From NCBI GenBank assembly GCA_963745835.1, contig CAVUZH010000013.1, forward strand, positions 384,001 to 448,000: a stretch of 64,000 nucleotides of DNA, given 5' to 3'. The notes under the pieces were generated by a model. The model was given only the letters and a program-made list of their open reading frames with translations, made no database searches and was not told the origin of the DNA. A program made the position numbers and the translations under genes. The first letter of the stretch is position 1. Every line of letters starts with the position of its first letter. The stretch is from an uncultured delta proteobacterium. GTDB taxonomy: Bacteria > Desulfobacterota > Binatia > UBA9968. Positions 29,099 through 39,745 of the stretch are shown piece by piece.

Positions 29099-29947
29099 TC
29101 ATGACTGTTGGCGAGAAAACTCGATTATTCTGTCGCAAACTTCACGGGTGGTCTGCTCCAATGGCGACACATTCCAAAAGCTCCCATTCGACAACAACTC
29201 GCGGAGATAATGCGCCGCAGAAGTGGCGTGGGACGCGTCGTCACCGGGAATGATGAGAGCCGGCGCGCTAATGCCAATAATCTCCTCGGGTGCCGCGCCG
29301 GTGGCAGTGTCGCGATCGAACAAGCCTCTGCCGCTGACAGCAATAAGTCCGAGGTAACGATTCAAATCCGGACGGACAAAGTCCTCGGCAAATGATGGGT
29401 CGCGAGCAATCACGGAAGCCCAGGGACCGGCTTCGGGATCCATCCAAAAGCTTTTGCCGATTCTCGCGCGCTCGACAACGCCGGGCAGACCATGGCTGCT
29501 GGCGTAGCGGTAATGGCGCTCAAATCGATCGCGACCGGTGGCTTTCCACCGAAAACCACCGACCGGCCAGTGCAGCAAGAGCGCGCGGGTCGCCTCCGGG
29601 TAATCAACCGCGAATGCCAGTGCCACCGAACAACCCAAACACCCGCCCAGGACGAGCGCAGATTCAATCTTGAGCTGATCCAGTAACGCTTTTGCCTGCC
29701 GCGCATAGGTGCGCCAGCTGAGGTGTTCGACTCTTCCTCCGGATTGTCCGGATTCGCGCCGATCGTAGACAATCACTTGAAATTGAGTTGCCAGCGCATC
29801 CAGGGCATCGATGCCGGTCCAGGCGCTGGCGGCGCGCCATTTCTCTATCGTTGCATCAAATCCGCCGGGGGCAAACAATAACAGCGGAGCACCGGACCCG
29901 GAGACTTCGTAACGAACCTCCAATCCATCGATGGTTGCAGTTGACAT
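29099..29947 (-). CDS. Alpha/beta hydrolase with Cys at the nucleophile elbow
   Basis: YDRRESGQS, GGCLGCS, PALIIPGDDASH. Confidence 0.8.
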   Translation of the reverse strand: MSTATIDGLEVRYEVSGSGAPLLLFAPGGFDATIEKWRAASAWTGIDALDALATQFQVIVYDRRESGQSGGRVEHLSWRTYARQAKALLDQLKIESALVLGGCLGCSVALAFAVDYPEATRALLLHWPVGGFRWKATGRDRFERHYRYASSHGLPGVVERARIGKSFWMDPEAGPWASVIARDPSFAEDFVRPDLNRYLGLIAVSGRGLFDRDTATGAAPEEIIGISAPALIIPGDDASHATSAAHYLRELLSNGSFWNVSPLEQTTREVCDRIIEFSRQQS

Positions 29948-30081
29948 TGATTCACTCCTTCGATTAAGGCTCTATTTGTATTAACCCGGCATTGCCACCG
30001 GAATCATTGCTTAGCAACGTAAGATCTAACACGCTGCTTCAAGCAATAAAATTCCGTGCCGCTCCGCTTCTCGGGGAGGTT

Positions 30082-30897
30082 ATGTCCGACGACAAAAAAG
30101 CTGGAGAAAAGTTTTCCGAGCTCTTGGAATTGATGGCCCAATTGCGCGGAGAGAACGGCTGCCCGTGGGATCGAGAGCAGACGCACCAAACATTGAAGTC
30201 GTTTTTGTTGGAAGAGACCCATGAGCTTCTCGATGCGCTTGCCGGCAACGATCCCGCCAAAATTGCCGAAGAATTATCCGACCTGCTGCATCAGATCGTC
30301 TTTCATTGTCAGATCGGCACCGAAAACGGCACATTTACCGCCAATCAAGTGATTAGCAACTTAGCGGCGAAGCTTATCCGGCGTCATCCACACGTCTTCG
30401 GCGGTGACGCCTTGCCTGATGCGGACGCCGTGACAAAACAGTGGACACAAATCAAAGCGCAAGAAAACCTTAGCGGCACGGCCAATTCAGCATTGGGCAG
30501 CCTGCCGAAATCCATGCCGGCGTTGGCACGTGCTCAAACTATTTCGGAGCGCGCCGCGCGGGTTGGTTTCGATTGGCCCAAGATAGAACCGGTGTGGCAA
30601 AAGGTGGAGGAGGAATTAAGTGAACTCAAATCCGCCTGTGCCTCCGGCGATCATCAACGAACCGGAGAGGAATTGGGCGATGTGTTTTTCTCATTGGTTA
30701 ATCTTGCGCGCTTTCTCGGGGTTCAGGCAGAAGAGGTTGCCAGTCAAACCACCGATAAATTCATTGAGAGGTTCAATTACCTAGAGGATCAGCTGCGGCA
30801 AGCGGGGAAATCCCCAAATCAATCCAGCCTGGAAGAAATGGATCAGTTGTGGGATGAAGCAAAAGCGCTCGAGCGGCGCGGGCGGCTTCGACGATGA
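30082..30897 (+). CDS. mazG: Nucleoside triphosphate pyrophosphohydrolase MazG
   Basis: GCPWDREQT, EETHE, KLIRRHPHVF, GFDW, EELGD. Confidence 0.95.
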   Translation: MSDDKKAGEKFSELLELMAQLRGENGCPWDREQTHQTLKSFLLEETHELLDALAGNDPAKIAEELSDLLHQIVFHCQIGTENGTFTANQVISNLAAKLIRRHPHVFGGDALPDADAVTKQWTQIKAQENLSGTANSALGSLPKSMPALARAQTISERAARVGFDWPKIEPVWQKVEEELSELKSACASGDHQRTGEELGDVFFSLVNLARFLGVQAEEVASQTTDKFIERFNYLEDQLRQAGKSPNQSSLEEMDQLWDEAKALERRGRLRR

Positions 30898-31865
30898 CTT
30901 TGCCCAAGATTGTTTTCCTCGATGCCGCCACGTTCGGCGATGTTTCACTGGAACGCTTCGGCGAGATCGGCGATTGCAAAATTTACCAAGTCACCAAGCC
31001 AAGTGAGACCATTGGTCGATTGGCCGGTCAAGACATAGTGGTCACCAACAAACAACCCATCTCTGAGGCGGCTCTCGCCGCGCCGGAGTCGCAGAACTTG
31101 TCGTTGATCGCAGTGGCCGCTACGGGTACCGATATTATCGATCACACGGCAGCCCGTAAACGTAAGGTCAAGGTCTGCAATGTCCCGGGCTATGCCGCGC
31201 AGTCCGTGGCGCAGTTCACGATGGCGTTGATCTTAGAACTGGCTACTCACGCGGGCCGGTACGCTGCTGACGTCAAGGCCGGGATGTGGCAAAAAAGTCC
31301 GGTCTTCTCACTGCTGACGTATCCGAGTATCGAGCTCAGCGGCAGGACATTAGCTATCATTGGCTACGGTAATATCGGCCGCGAGGTTGCCCGGATGGCA
31401 CGGGGATTTGGTATGGAAGTGCTGGTGGCCGCTCGCCCGGGAGCAGCCAAACCGCCTGCCTCGCATCGAGTTCCCCTAGAGCAGTTGCTGCCGCAAGCTG
31501 ACATTGTATCACTGCACTGCGCACTAACGCCCCAGACAAAAAACCTGATCAATAATGAGACGCTTAGGTTGATGAAACCATCGGCAATCCTGATCAATAC
31601 CGCGCGCGGCGCTTTGGTTGAAGAAACAGCACTGATTCAGGCGCTGCGCGAGCAGCGCCTGGCCGCAGCTGCCTTGGATGTGATCACTGAGGAACCTCCA
31701 GCCGCGGATCACCCGATCATCGTGGCAGCGAGCGCACTGGACAATCTGCTGGTGACCCCGCACACGGCGTGGAGCGCCCGTCAAGCGCGAGAGCGGCTGC
31801 TAAGCGAGGTGGCCGAGAACATCTCGGCCTTTTTAGCTGGTAAAGATAGGAATCTGATCGGATAG
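30894..31865 (+). CDS. D-2-hydroxyacid (glycerate) dehydrogenase
   Basis: IVVTNK, AATG, NVPGY, IIGYGNIG, SLHC, INTARG, TPHTAW. Confidence 0.92.
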   Translation: MTLPKIVFLDAATFGDVSLERFGEIGDCKIYQVTKPSETIGRLAGQDIVVTNKQPISEAALAAPESQNLSLIAVAATGTDIIDHTAARKRKVKVCNVPGYAAQSVAQFTMALILELATHAGRYAADVKAGMWQKSPVFSLLTYPSIELSGRTLAIIGYGNIGREVARMARGFGMEVLVAARPGAAKPPASHRVPLEQLLPQADIVSLHCALTPQTKNLINNETLRLMKPSAILINTARGALVEETALIQALREQRLAAAALDVITEEPPAADHPIIVAASALDNLLVTPHTAWSARQARERLLSEVAENISAFLAGKDRNLIG

Positions 31866-31875
31866 GGACGAATCC

Positions 31876-32301
31876 TCAAAACGGTATGTCGTCATCGAAA
31901 GGTGGCTGTCCACCGCCAGTTGATATTTCCTCGGTGCCGCCACCTTCGACCTCCGGCGCCATTCGCGTGCCACCGCCGCCGCCAAGAAATCTAATGCGTT
32001 GCGCAACGATCTCGGTCACATATCGCTTGGTACCGGTCTTGTCGTCATAGCTCCGGCTGCGGATGCTGCCCTCGACAAAAACCTGCCTTCCTTTGGCGAG
32101 ATATTGGCTGCAAGATTCACCCTGCTTACCCCATACAATAATGTTATGCCATTCAGTTCTTTCCTGCTTGTTGCCGTCGCGGTCGTTCCAAACTTCGGAA
32201 GTAGCGATCGGAAAGCGCGCTACCGCGCTCCCCGTTGAAGTGAAGCGAAGCTCGGGATCTTTGCCCAGGTTTCCAATGAGAATTACTTTGTTAACGGACA
32301 T
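31876..32301 (-). CDS. ssb: Single-stranded DNA-binding protein
   Basis: [22 protein letters not shown]-terminal DDDIPF. Confidence 0.97.
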   Translation of the reverse strand: MSVNKVILIGNLGKDPELRFTSTGSAVARFPIATSEVWNDRDGNKQERTEWHNIIVWGKQGESCSQYLAKGRQVFVEGSIRSRSYDDKTGTKRYVTEIVAQRIRFLGGGGGTRMAPEVEGGGTEEISTGGGQPPFDDDIPF

Positions 32302-32480
32302 GAAACACCTCCAGACCGCTACATTGCGGCAGCAAACAGTGCAGCCAACTTAGCGCCCGCGTTATTTATAGTCAATGATAGAATCGGCATGCATCGGGTC
32401 TCCGCTGAATTGCAATTTGCTCATGCGTACACTAGACTAAGCTAGCGTGTTTTCGCGGTTTTGCACTCGCCAAGCTTACT

Positions 32481-33275
32481 TTGATCTTGATGTTTTATCT
32501 GCTCAAGCTGTCGGTTTTTATGCTCATCACCGTACCGGCTGCGGTGCTGACAATCTTTCTTGGCCTATTCGATCGTCATGGCAAAGTCGCCTACCGTGCA
32601 AGCCAGATCTGGACGGCTTTGATCTTACGCATGGGCGGGGTTGTATTGCGAGTTAGCGGCGGCGAACATATCGATTCACGACAACAATATGTTTTCATGG
32701 TCAATCACCAAAGCAATCTCGATATCCCAGTTCTGGTGCACAGCCTGGTAAGTTTTCAGTTGCGCTGGATCGCTAAAAGAGAGCTTCTTTGGATTCCGTT
32801 TTTCGGCTGGGCGATGTGGGCTTCCAGGCATATTATAATCGATCGAGCGGACCCTCTCACTGCTGTCAAAAGCTTAAAACGCGCGAAAGAGCGGATGGCA
32901 GCCGGTATTTCGATTGTTGTATTTCCGGAAGGGACGCGCAGCCGAGACGGAAAACTGCTGCGGTTTAAGAAGGGTGGATTTTTACTTGCCGCCCAGGCAA
33001 ACCGACCGATTGTTCCAGTGACCATCAACGGCAGCCGGCAGATCCTGCCAGCCGGTGCATGGCGGTTGAGGGGCGGAATCGTTGAGGTCATCATTAATGA
33101 ACCGATTGCGGTCGATGGTTTTGGCCCGGGCACGCTCCGCCATCTCTCGAACCAGGTACGACAAGCAATTGAAAAGCATCTGCGAAGCGAGCCTGTGGAT
33201 TCGGCCTCGGTCGCAGCAAACTCAGGCCATAGCATCATCACTACTAATCGTCAGTTGGAGAAACGGAGCATTTAA
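32481..33275 (+). CDS. plsC: 1-acyl-sn-glycerol-3-phosphate acyltransferase
   Basis: NHQSNLD, AKREL, FPEGTRS, FKKGGF, PIVPV. Confidence 0.9.
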   Translation: MILMFYLLKLSVFMLITVPAAVLTIFLGLFDRHGKVAYRASQIWTALILRMGGVVLRVSGGEHIDSRQQYVFMVNHQSNLDIPVLVHSLVSFQLRWIAKRELLWIPFFGWAMWASRHIIIDRADPLTAVKSLKRAKERMAAGISIVVFPEGTRSRDGKLLRFKKGGFLLAAQANRPIVPVTINGSRQILPAGAWRLRGGIVEVIINEPIAVDGFGPGTLRHLSNQVRQAIEKHLRSEPVDSASVAANSGHSIITTNRQLEKRSI

Positions 33276-33281
33276 AGCAGC

Positions 33282-34937
33282 ATGGAATCCGTAAGAATAA
33301 TACCTTTAGGCGGTCTCGGTGAGTTTGGCCTCAACATGATGCTGGTCGAATACGGCGAAGCGGCCATAGCCATTGACTGCGGCCTGATGTTTCCCGGCGC
33401 GGATTTGCTCGGCATCGACCTGGTCATCCCCGATATCAGCTATCTTCTGGAAAACAAGCACAAGCTCAAAGCGATTGTTTTGACCCATGCGCATGAAGAC
33501 CATATGGGGGCGGTTCCCTATGTTCTCGAGCGCCTCTCGGTGCCGATCTACGCCACCCGTTTGACGCTGGGTCTGCTCAGCAATCGAGTCAGAGAACACG
33601 GTCTGGAAGATGTCGCCGATGTTCGCGAGATCACCGCCGGCAAACTGTGGGACTTAGGCCCTTTCAAGCTCGAGGGGATTCGTGTCACGCATAGCCTGAT
33701 GGACTGCCTGGCCTTGGCAATACAGACGCCCGTCGGTACGATCATCCATACCGGTGACTTCAAGATCGATAACACACCAATGGAAGGCGAGATGTTCGAT
33801 TTTCAAAGATTCGCCGCCTATGGAGAAAAAGGCGTTCTTCTGCTCTTGTCCGACTCAACCAACGTTGAACGGCGTGGCCACACCGGGTCTGAACGCGAAG
33901 TTGGAACGAACCTGGAACAGATTTTTCAGCAATCAAGCGGCAGGGTGCTGGTTTCGACGTTTGCTTCGAGCATTCCAAGGATCCAACAAGTGCTGGAAAT
34001 CTCCGAGCGGTGCGATCGCAGAGTCGTGCTCAGCGGTCGCAGCATGGTGCGCAACAGCCAGGTCGCAGCCGACCTCGGCTATCTCCGGCTTCCAAGAAGC
34101 TTCATGACGGAAAATGATCGTTGGCAAGATCTTGCCCCCGATCGCCTCACGTTTCTGACCACCGGCAGCCAGGGTGAGCCGCTATCGGTCTTGCACCGGG
34201 TAGCTCTCAACGACCACAAGACAATCAAAATTCAACCCGGCGATAACGTTATTCTCTCTTCGAAGTTTATCCCAGGCAACGAGAAGATCATTTCGAACTT
34301 GATCAATCATCTCTACCGCCGAGGTGCAGACGTTCACTATGAAAAGGTTTCCGAGATTCACGTCTCGGGGCATGCCAGCCAAGAAGAATTGAAGATAATG
34401 CTGCAGCTGACTCGTCCGCGCTTTTTCGTGCCGATTCACGGCGAGTACCGCCACTTGGTGCGCCATCAGCGGTTGGCTCAAGACGTTGGGGTCCCGGAGA
34501 GTAACTGTTTTATTCTCGAAGACGGCGACGTCTTAGAACTAACCGCCCAGGGCGCCCATAAGACAACTCCCGTCCAAGTGGGCAAAGTGTTCGTCGATGG
34601 CAAAGGTATCGGCGATGTCGGGCCGATTGTGATTCGCGATCGGCGCCATTTATCAGAAGACGGAATGGTGCTCGCGGTACTGGCAATCCACCAGCAATCC
34701 GGCGAAATCGTCGCCGGACCGGATTTGATTTCTCGCGGATTCGTTCGTGATGAAGAAGGCGAAGAGATTTTCGAACAGGCTCGAAAGGTCGTCTTGGAAA
34801 CCTTTAGCGGTATGAACCGGGAAACGCGCGCTGATCGAGCCGAGTTGCAGGAAGAGATTCGCATTGCGCTGCGTCGTCATTTCCGCAAGAAACTAGAACG
34901 GCGACCTGTAGTTTTGCCGTATATAGTTGAAACTTAA
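33282..34937 (+). CDS. rnj: Ribonuclease J
   Basis: PLGGLGEFG, THAHEDH, HTGDFK, TGSQGEP, HVSGHA, PIHGE. Confidence 0.96.
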   Translation: MESVRIIPLGGLGEFGLNMMLVEYGEAAIAIDCGLMFPGADLLGIDLVIPDISYLLENKHKLKAIVLTHAHEDHMGAVPYVLERLSVPIYATRLTLGLLSNRVREHGLEDVADVREITAGKLWDLGPFKLEGIRVTHSLMDCLALAIQTPVGTIIHTGDFKIDNTPMEGEMFDFQRFAAYGEKGVLLLLSDSTNVERRGHTGSEREVGTNLEQIFQQSSGRVLVSTFASSIPRIQQVLEISERCDRRVVLSGRSMVRNSQVAADLGYLRLPRSFMTENDRWQDLAPDRLTFLTTGSQGEPLSVLHRVALNDHKTIKIQPGDNVILSSKFIPGNEKIISNLINHLYRRGADVHYEKVSEIHVSGHASQEELKIMLQLTRPRFFVPIHGEYRHLVRHQRLAQDVGVPESNCFILEDGDVLELTAQGAHKTTPVQVGKVFVDGKGIGDVGPIVIRDRRHLSEDGMVLAVLAIHQQSGEIVAGPDLISRGFVRDEEGEEIFEQARKVVLETFSGMNRETRADRAELQEEIRIALRRHFRKKLERRPVVLPYIVET

Positions 34938-34953
34938 GGTTCGCTTTACTGCC

Positions 34954-37197
34954 ATGGAAAAAGGCCGGCTCAACCGGGAAGTCTGGGGTGTGGTCATTAG
35001 CCTCACCGCTCTTCTGATCATTATTAGCTTAGTCTCGTATAGTCCAAATGACCGTTCGCTCAATACGCCTTCTGGTTTGATCGCTCGTAACTGGGGAGGC
35101 TTTGTCGGCGCTTTTTTAGCCGATCTCCTGTTGCAGGGCCTCGGCCTATCTGCCTACTTACTGCCGATTTTCCTCGGCCTCGCTGCCTATCACTTATTTC
35201 TCCCCGGTTTCAAAGGACTTCGCGCTACCAAGGCAACCGGCTACGCAGTGCTTCTCCTCGGCATAGCAGTTCTTTTGAGTCTATGGATCGATTCTGAAGA
35301 CGCGCGAGACTCCGGTGGCATCATCGGAGGCTTTCTTACGGAAAGCATTCTGGTGCCGTTGTTCGGACGCATCAGCGCAACGTTGATTATCCTGACGACG
35401 GCGCTTCTGGCAATCATGACAGTTTCGCAGATATCGCTGGCGGATCTTCTTGATCGCAGCGGCAAACGACTGCTCCAGTTCAGGAAAACTATCATACCGA
35501 AGATCGGCTTGAGTTTGACCAAGCTCAAACAGCAGAAAGACAAAACCAGGGGGGAAAACATCAAGAACGAACGGCGCGACTATGTGCCGCCGCCCATCGT
35601 TGTAAAGACTGACCCTAAAGAGGAATTGATCAAGAAAGTCGTCAAAAAGCCGATTGCCCCGCAAGAGCAGTTTAAACTCCCGGTAGTTGGAGAAGGGTAC
35701 CGCTTGCCGCCTCTCGACCTCTTAGACCCACCCGATCCCAATCAGTTAATCAAAGTCGACACCAACGGCCTGCACGCCAACTCTCTCATCCTGCAAAAAA
35801 AACTGGCTGATTTCGGCGTCGACGGCGAAGTGGTCGCGGTCCGTCCCGGCCCGGTCATCACCATGTATGAGTTTAAGCCGGCCGACGGCGTAAAGGTACG
35901 CCGCATCGTCATGCTGGCTGACGATCTCGCAATGGCGCTGCGCGCTGTCAGCGTGCGTATTCTCGCGCCGATTCCGGGAGAATCGGTGGTTGGAATAGAA
36001 ATCCCTAATCCCCGGCGCGAAACGGTTTATTTGAGAGAAATCATCGAGAGCGATAGCTATCATTCCGTCGATTCAAAAATCACCTTAGCTCTAGGAAAGG
36101 ATATTGGCGGGATACCGTTTGCCACTGATCTGGGGCGCATGCCTCATCTGCTGGTTGCTGGCGCCACAGGAACCGGCAAGTCGGTGTCGATCAACGCCAT
36201 GATCCTGAGCATTCTCTTTAAAGCGACGCCGCAAGACGTGCGATTCATCATGGTGGATCCGAAAATGCTGGAGCTGACTGTTTACGAAGAAATTCCCCAC
36301 CTTCTTGTGCCTGTGGTGACGGATCCAAAAAAAGCCGCCGCCGCGCTTTTCTGGGCCATGGACGAGATGGATCGACGTTATCGGCTCATGAGAGACAAAG
36401 GCGCGCGCAATATCGACAATTACAATCGAACACTGGAAAAAGAAGGCGCCGTAAAGAAACCCGTTATTGAGCTGACGGAAGCGCAAGCGGACGAAGATCC
36501 GAATGCACCGGGTGGGAGCCTGGCAAAGGAAGCGCCGCTGGTGCATGAGCGTTTGCCGCGGATCGTTATTATCATCGATGAATTGGCCGATCTGATGATG
36601 ACGGTTGGACGCGATATTGAAGAATACATCACCCGACTTGCGCAAAAGGCACGAGCCGCGGGTATTCACCTGATCCTTGCCACTCAGCGCCCTTCTGTGG
36701 ATGTCATCACCGGTTTGATCAAAGCGAATTTTCCGGCGCGTATCTCATTTCAGGTGACCTCGCGAATCGATTCGCGCACAATACTGGACTCGATGGGCGG
36801 CGAGAAGCTTTTAGGCAACGGCGACTTGTTGTTCTTACCGCCGGGCACGGCACGACTGACGCGCATCCATGGAGCCTTCGTATCGGATCAAGAAGTGCGC
36901 AAGGTGATGAAGTTTATTAAGCAGCAGGGACGACCACAGTACCGACCCGATGTTTTTGACGTCAAAAAGGATATCGAGAACGCCGGCGCCGACGAAGAGT
37001 ACGATGAAATGTATGATCAGGCGGTGGCGATTGTCACCGACACTCAGCAAGCTTCGATCTCTATGATTCAACGGAGATTGCGGGTAGGATACAACCGGGC
37101 TGCGCGGATGATTGAGCAGATGGAACGCGATGGCGTTATTGGCCCGGCAGACGGCGCCAAGCCGAGAGAAGTGTATGCGAGAAAACTTGAAGCTTAA
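34954..37197 (+). CDS. ftsK: DNA translocase FtsK
   Basis: N-terminal TM domain, MPHLLVAGATGTGKS, DELADLM, ATQRPSVD, gamma domain QRRLRVGYNRAAR. Confidence 0.97.
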   Translation: MEKGRLNREVWGVVISLTALLIIISLVSYSPNDRSLNTPSGLIARNWGGFVGAFLADLLLQGLGLSAYLLPIFLGLAAYHLFLPGFKGLRATKATGYAVLLLGIAVLLSLWIDSEDARDSGGIIGGFLTESILVPLFGRISATLIILTTALLAIMTVSQISLADLLDRSGKRLLQFRKTIIPKIGLSLTKLKQQKDKTRGENIKNERRDYVPPPIVVKTDPKEELIKKVVKKPIAPQEQFKLPVVGEGYRLPPLDLLDPPDPNQLIKVDTNGLHANSLILQKKLADFGVDGEVVAVRPGPVITMYEFKPADGVKVRRIVMLADDLAMALRAVSVRILAPIPGESVVGIEIPNPRRETVYLREIIESDSYHSVDSKITLALGKDIGGIPFATDLGRMPHLLVAGATGTGKSVSINAMILSILFKATPQDVRFIMVDPKMLELTVYEEIPHLLVPVVTDPKKAAAALFWAMDEMDRRYRLMRDKGARNIDNYNRTLEKEGAVKKPVIELTEAQADEDPNAPGGSLAKEAPLVHERLPRIVIIIDELADLMMTVGRDIEEYITRLAQKARAAGIHLILATQRPSVDVITGLIKANFPARISFQVTSRIDSRTILDSMGGEKLLGNGDLLFLPPGTARLTRIHGAFVSDQEVRKVMKFIKQQGRPQYRPDVFDVKKDIENAGADEEYDEMYDQAVAIVTDTQQASISMIQRRLRVGYNRAARMIEQMERDGVIGPADGAKPREVYARKLEA

Positions 37198-37849
37198 ACG
37201 ACTGCTTGGGGCTCTGGTGATTGCCTTGTGCTTGACTGCGCAGAATTGGATTACCGCGGCGGAGCCGAAAAGCGCCGAGCAGGTCGTCGACGCGCTGCAG
37301 AAGAACTATGACGCTACCATCGATTTCATCGCTGATTTTCAGCAGGAAACCGAAGTCAAAACTCTTAACCGCAGCTTGAAAGCGTGGGGGAAGTTGTCGT
37401 TCAAACGCCCGGGCAAAATGCTGTGGCGCTATGACGAACCCAAGGGGCAGATCGTACTGACAGATGGAAGCCACCTCTATTTTCTACAACCTGAACAGAA
37501 CCAGGTGATTAAGAGTCCGTTGAAAAACGCCTTTCGCTCGGATATTCCGCTGTCTTTTCTACTTGGGCTGGGCAACTTGAAAAAGGATTTTAATGCCGTG
37601 CTCAAGGCAACTGAAAAGGACGAATACATTCTCCGTCTAGAACCCAAGGGCGAAGCTGGAGGATTCAGCGAAATCCTTCTAGGAGTCAGTCGTAGCTCAG
37701 CCGATATCGTCTGGGTAAGCATTCGTGACGCGGCCAACAATCTGACAAGCTTGCGTTTTTCCAATATGAAGAAAGGCCTTGGGCTTAAGGATTCGCTGTT
37801 TCGAATAGATATTCCCGAGGGGGTCGACATAGTGGAGTTGGGCCAGTGA
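37175..37849 (+). CDS. lolA: Outer-membrane lipoprotein carrier LolA
   Basis: ADFQQE, KRPGKMLWRY..P, DG..L..QV; follows ftsK. Confidence 0.9.
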   Translation: MRENLKLKRLLGALVIALCLTAQNWITAAEPKSAEQVVDALQKNYDATIDFIADFQQETEVKTLNRSLKAWGKLSFKRPGKMLWRYDEPKGQIVLTDGSHLYFLQPEQNQVIKSPLKNAFRSDIPLSFLLGLGNLKKDFNAVLKATEKDEYILRLEPKGEAGGFSEILLGVSRSSADIVWVSIRDAANNLTSLRFSNMKKGLGLKDSLFRIDIPEGVDIVELGQ

Positions 37850-39189
37850 AGCAACCAAAGCAGAAGTTTAGCATGATCAGCTTAGGATGCGCCCGCAATC
37901 TCGTCGATTCGGAAGTGATGTCCGGACTACTCGTCCAGGATCATTATGAAATGGTTCAGGAACCGGCCGAGGCGGATGTCGTGTTGATCAATACATGCGG
38001 CTTTATCGATGCCGCTAAAGCGGAGTCGATAGACACAATCGTCGAGATTTCCCGACTCAAGCAAGAAGGAGCGCTGCGCAGGCTTGTGGTTGCGGGGTGT
38101 CTGTCGCAACGGTACCCGCAAGAGTTAGCAACCGAATTGCCTGAGGTCGATTTATTTATAGGCACAGGGGAAATTCCGCGTATAGTCGATATTCTTAGAG
38201 AACATGAACGAAATCAAAGCCGCAGACACTACGTCGGCATTCCCGAGTACCTATACGACCATGTAACACCCCGGCTTCGCCATACTCCGTCTTACACTGC
38301 GTTTGTAAAGGTCTCTGAAGGATGCGACCACAAGTGCGCCTTCTGTATCATTCCTAAGTTGCGCGGCCCACATCGTAGCCGCAGCATTGAATCCGTGGTC
38401 AAAGAAGCCACTATGCTGGCCCAAAGCGGTGTCAAGGAGATTAATCTTATCGCCCAGGATCTCACCGCGTACGGCAGAGATCGCAAAGACGGGACGACTC
38501 TCTACGGTCTGTTAAAAGAGCTGGTTCATGTGCCCGATCTCGTATGGATACGGCTACTCTATGCTTATCCCAATTTTCTTGACTCGCCGCTGCTTGATCT
38601 GATCGATACGAGCGAAAAAATTTGCAAGTACATCGATATCCCTTTCCAGCATGTCAGCGCCGGTATCTTGAAGAGCATGCGCCGAGGCAAAAGCGGCAGT
38701 GCTGTACAGGCTACCGTAGAAAAGCTGCGTGAATCCATTTCTGGTTTGACCCTTCGAAGCTCGCTGATTGTCGGGTTTCCCGGAGAAACCGAAGAGGATT
38801 TTCAAGCGCTGCTCGATTTCGTTGAAAGGACCAGATTCGAACGTCTCGGCGTCTTCAAGTATTCAATCGAAGAAGGCACCGCCGCAGCAAGTCTTGCCGA
38901 TCAGGTCGACGAAGAAGAGAAAGAACGACGCTGGCAAGAGGTGATGGATCTGCAAGCAAGCATCTCGCGAAACAAGAATGAGGCCTTGATTGGGTCTATT
39001 CAGCGGGTTATCATCGATGGCATCGACGAAACCGGGCAGTTGATCGGACGCACACAAGGTCATGCGCCGGAGGTCGACGGCGCTGTATACTTGCAAAACC
39101 CAGCTTCCCTTGAAACCGGCGATTTTGCCGACGTAAAGATAACCGAAGCTCTTGAGTATGACTTAATTGGTGAAATACAACATGTCTAA
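37846..39189 (+). CDS. rimO: Ribosomal protein S12 methylthiotransferase
   Basis: SLGCARNLVDSE, NTCGFI, EGCDHKCAFCIIP, IVGFPGET, APEVDG, TRAM domain. Confidence 0.95.
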   Translation: MKQPKQKFSMISLGCARNLVDSEVMSGLLVQDHYEMVQEPAEADVVLINTCGFIDAAKAESIDTIVEISRLKQEGALRRLVVAGCLSQRYPQELATELPEVDLFIGTGEIPRIVDILREHERNQSRRHYVGIPEYLYDHVTPRLRHTPSYTAFVKVSEGCDHKCAFCIIPKLRGPHRSRSIESVVKEATMLAQSGVKEINLIAQDLTAYGRDRKDGTTLYGLLKELVHVPDLVWIRLLYAYPNFLDSPLLDLIDTSEKICKYIDIPFQHVSAGILKSMRRGKSGSAVQATVEKLRESISGLTLRSSLIVGFPGETEEDFQALLDFVERTRFERLGVFKYSIEEGTAAASLADQVDEEEKERRWQEVMDLQASISRNKNEALIGSIQRVIIDGIDETGQLIGRTQGHAPEVDGAVYLQNPASLETGDFADVKITEALEYDLIGEIQHV

Positions 39190-39640
39190 ATCGGAAAGTC
39201 TCAAAGACGCAAAAGCCAGAAAAGATTTCCTCAAAAGCGCGGCGGAAACTTTGCTGGAAATGAAGAAGCAGCTTCATAGAGAAATGCAGGTTCGGGTCAA
39301 AGGCGAGACCGAAGCTGTTAAGGATGAGGGTCGCGACACCTATGATCTAGCTAGCGATGAACGGGATCGGGAAATCAATTTTATTCTCAATGATCGAGAA
39401 CGGGAGAAACTGCACGCGATTGACGAAGCCCTCGAGCGCATCAAAGACAAAAGCTACGGCATCTGCGAGAGTTGCGAAGGCGAGATCCAACTAGGACGCT
39501 TGAAAGTGCTGCCCTTTACAAGACTTTGCGTGAGGTGTCAGGAAGAGAACGAGAAGGAAAGCAAACGTCAGAAAACGCTTGAGGAAGAGCGAGGCTACCG
39601 AAAACTTGTTCTGACTGACTTCGAAGAAGAAGGCTCTTAG
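39182..39640 (+). CDS. dksA: DksA/TraR family C4 zinc-finger protein
   Basis: Coiled-coil tip DTYDLA (DxxDxA) and CESC..CVRC. Confidence 0.85.
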   Translation: MSKSESLKDAKARKDFLKSAAETLLEMKKQLHREMQVRVKGETEAVKDEGRDTYDLASDERDREINFILNDREREKLHAIDEALERIKDKSYGICESCEGEIQLGRLKVLPFTRLCVRCQEENEKESKRQKTLEEERGYRKLVLTDFEEEGS

Positions 39641-39689
39641 CTGACAGACCCGCTCCGGCTCAAACCCTGACAGCGTCGATTCAAAAGCC

Positions 39690-39728
39690 AAAAAAAGAGG
39701 GCATGGTTTGGAACCATGCCCTCTTTTT
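39690..39728. terminator. Bidirectional intrinsic terminator
   Basis: AAAAAAAGAGGGCATGGTT-TGG-AACCATGCCCTCTTTTT between convergent genes. Confidence 0.9.
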
Positions 39729-39745
39729 ACGTCAAGGTTTGACGA

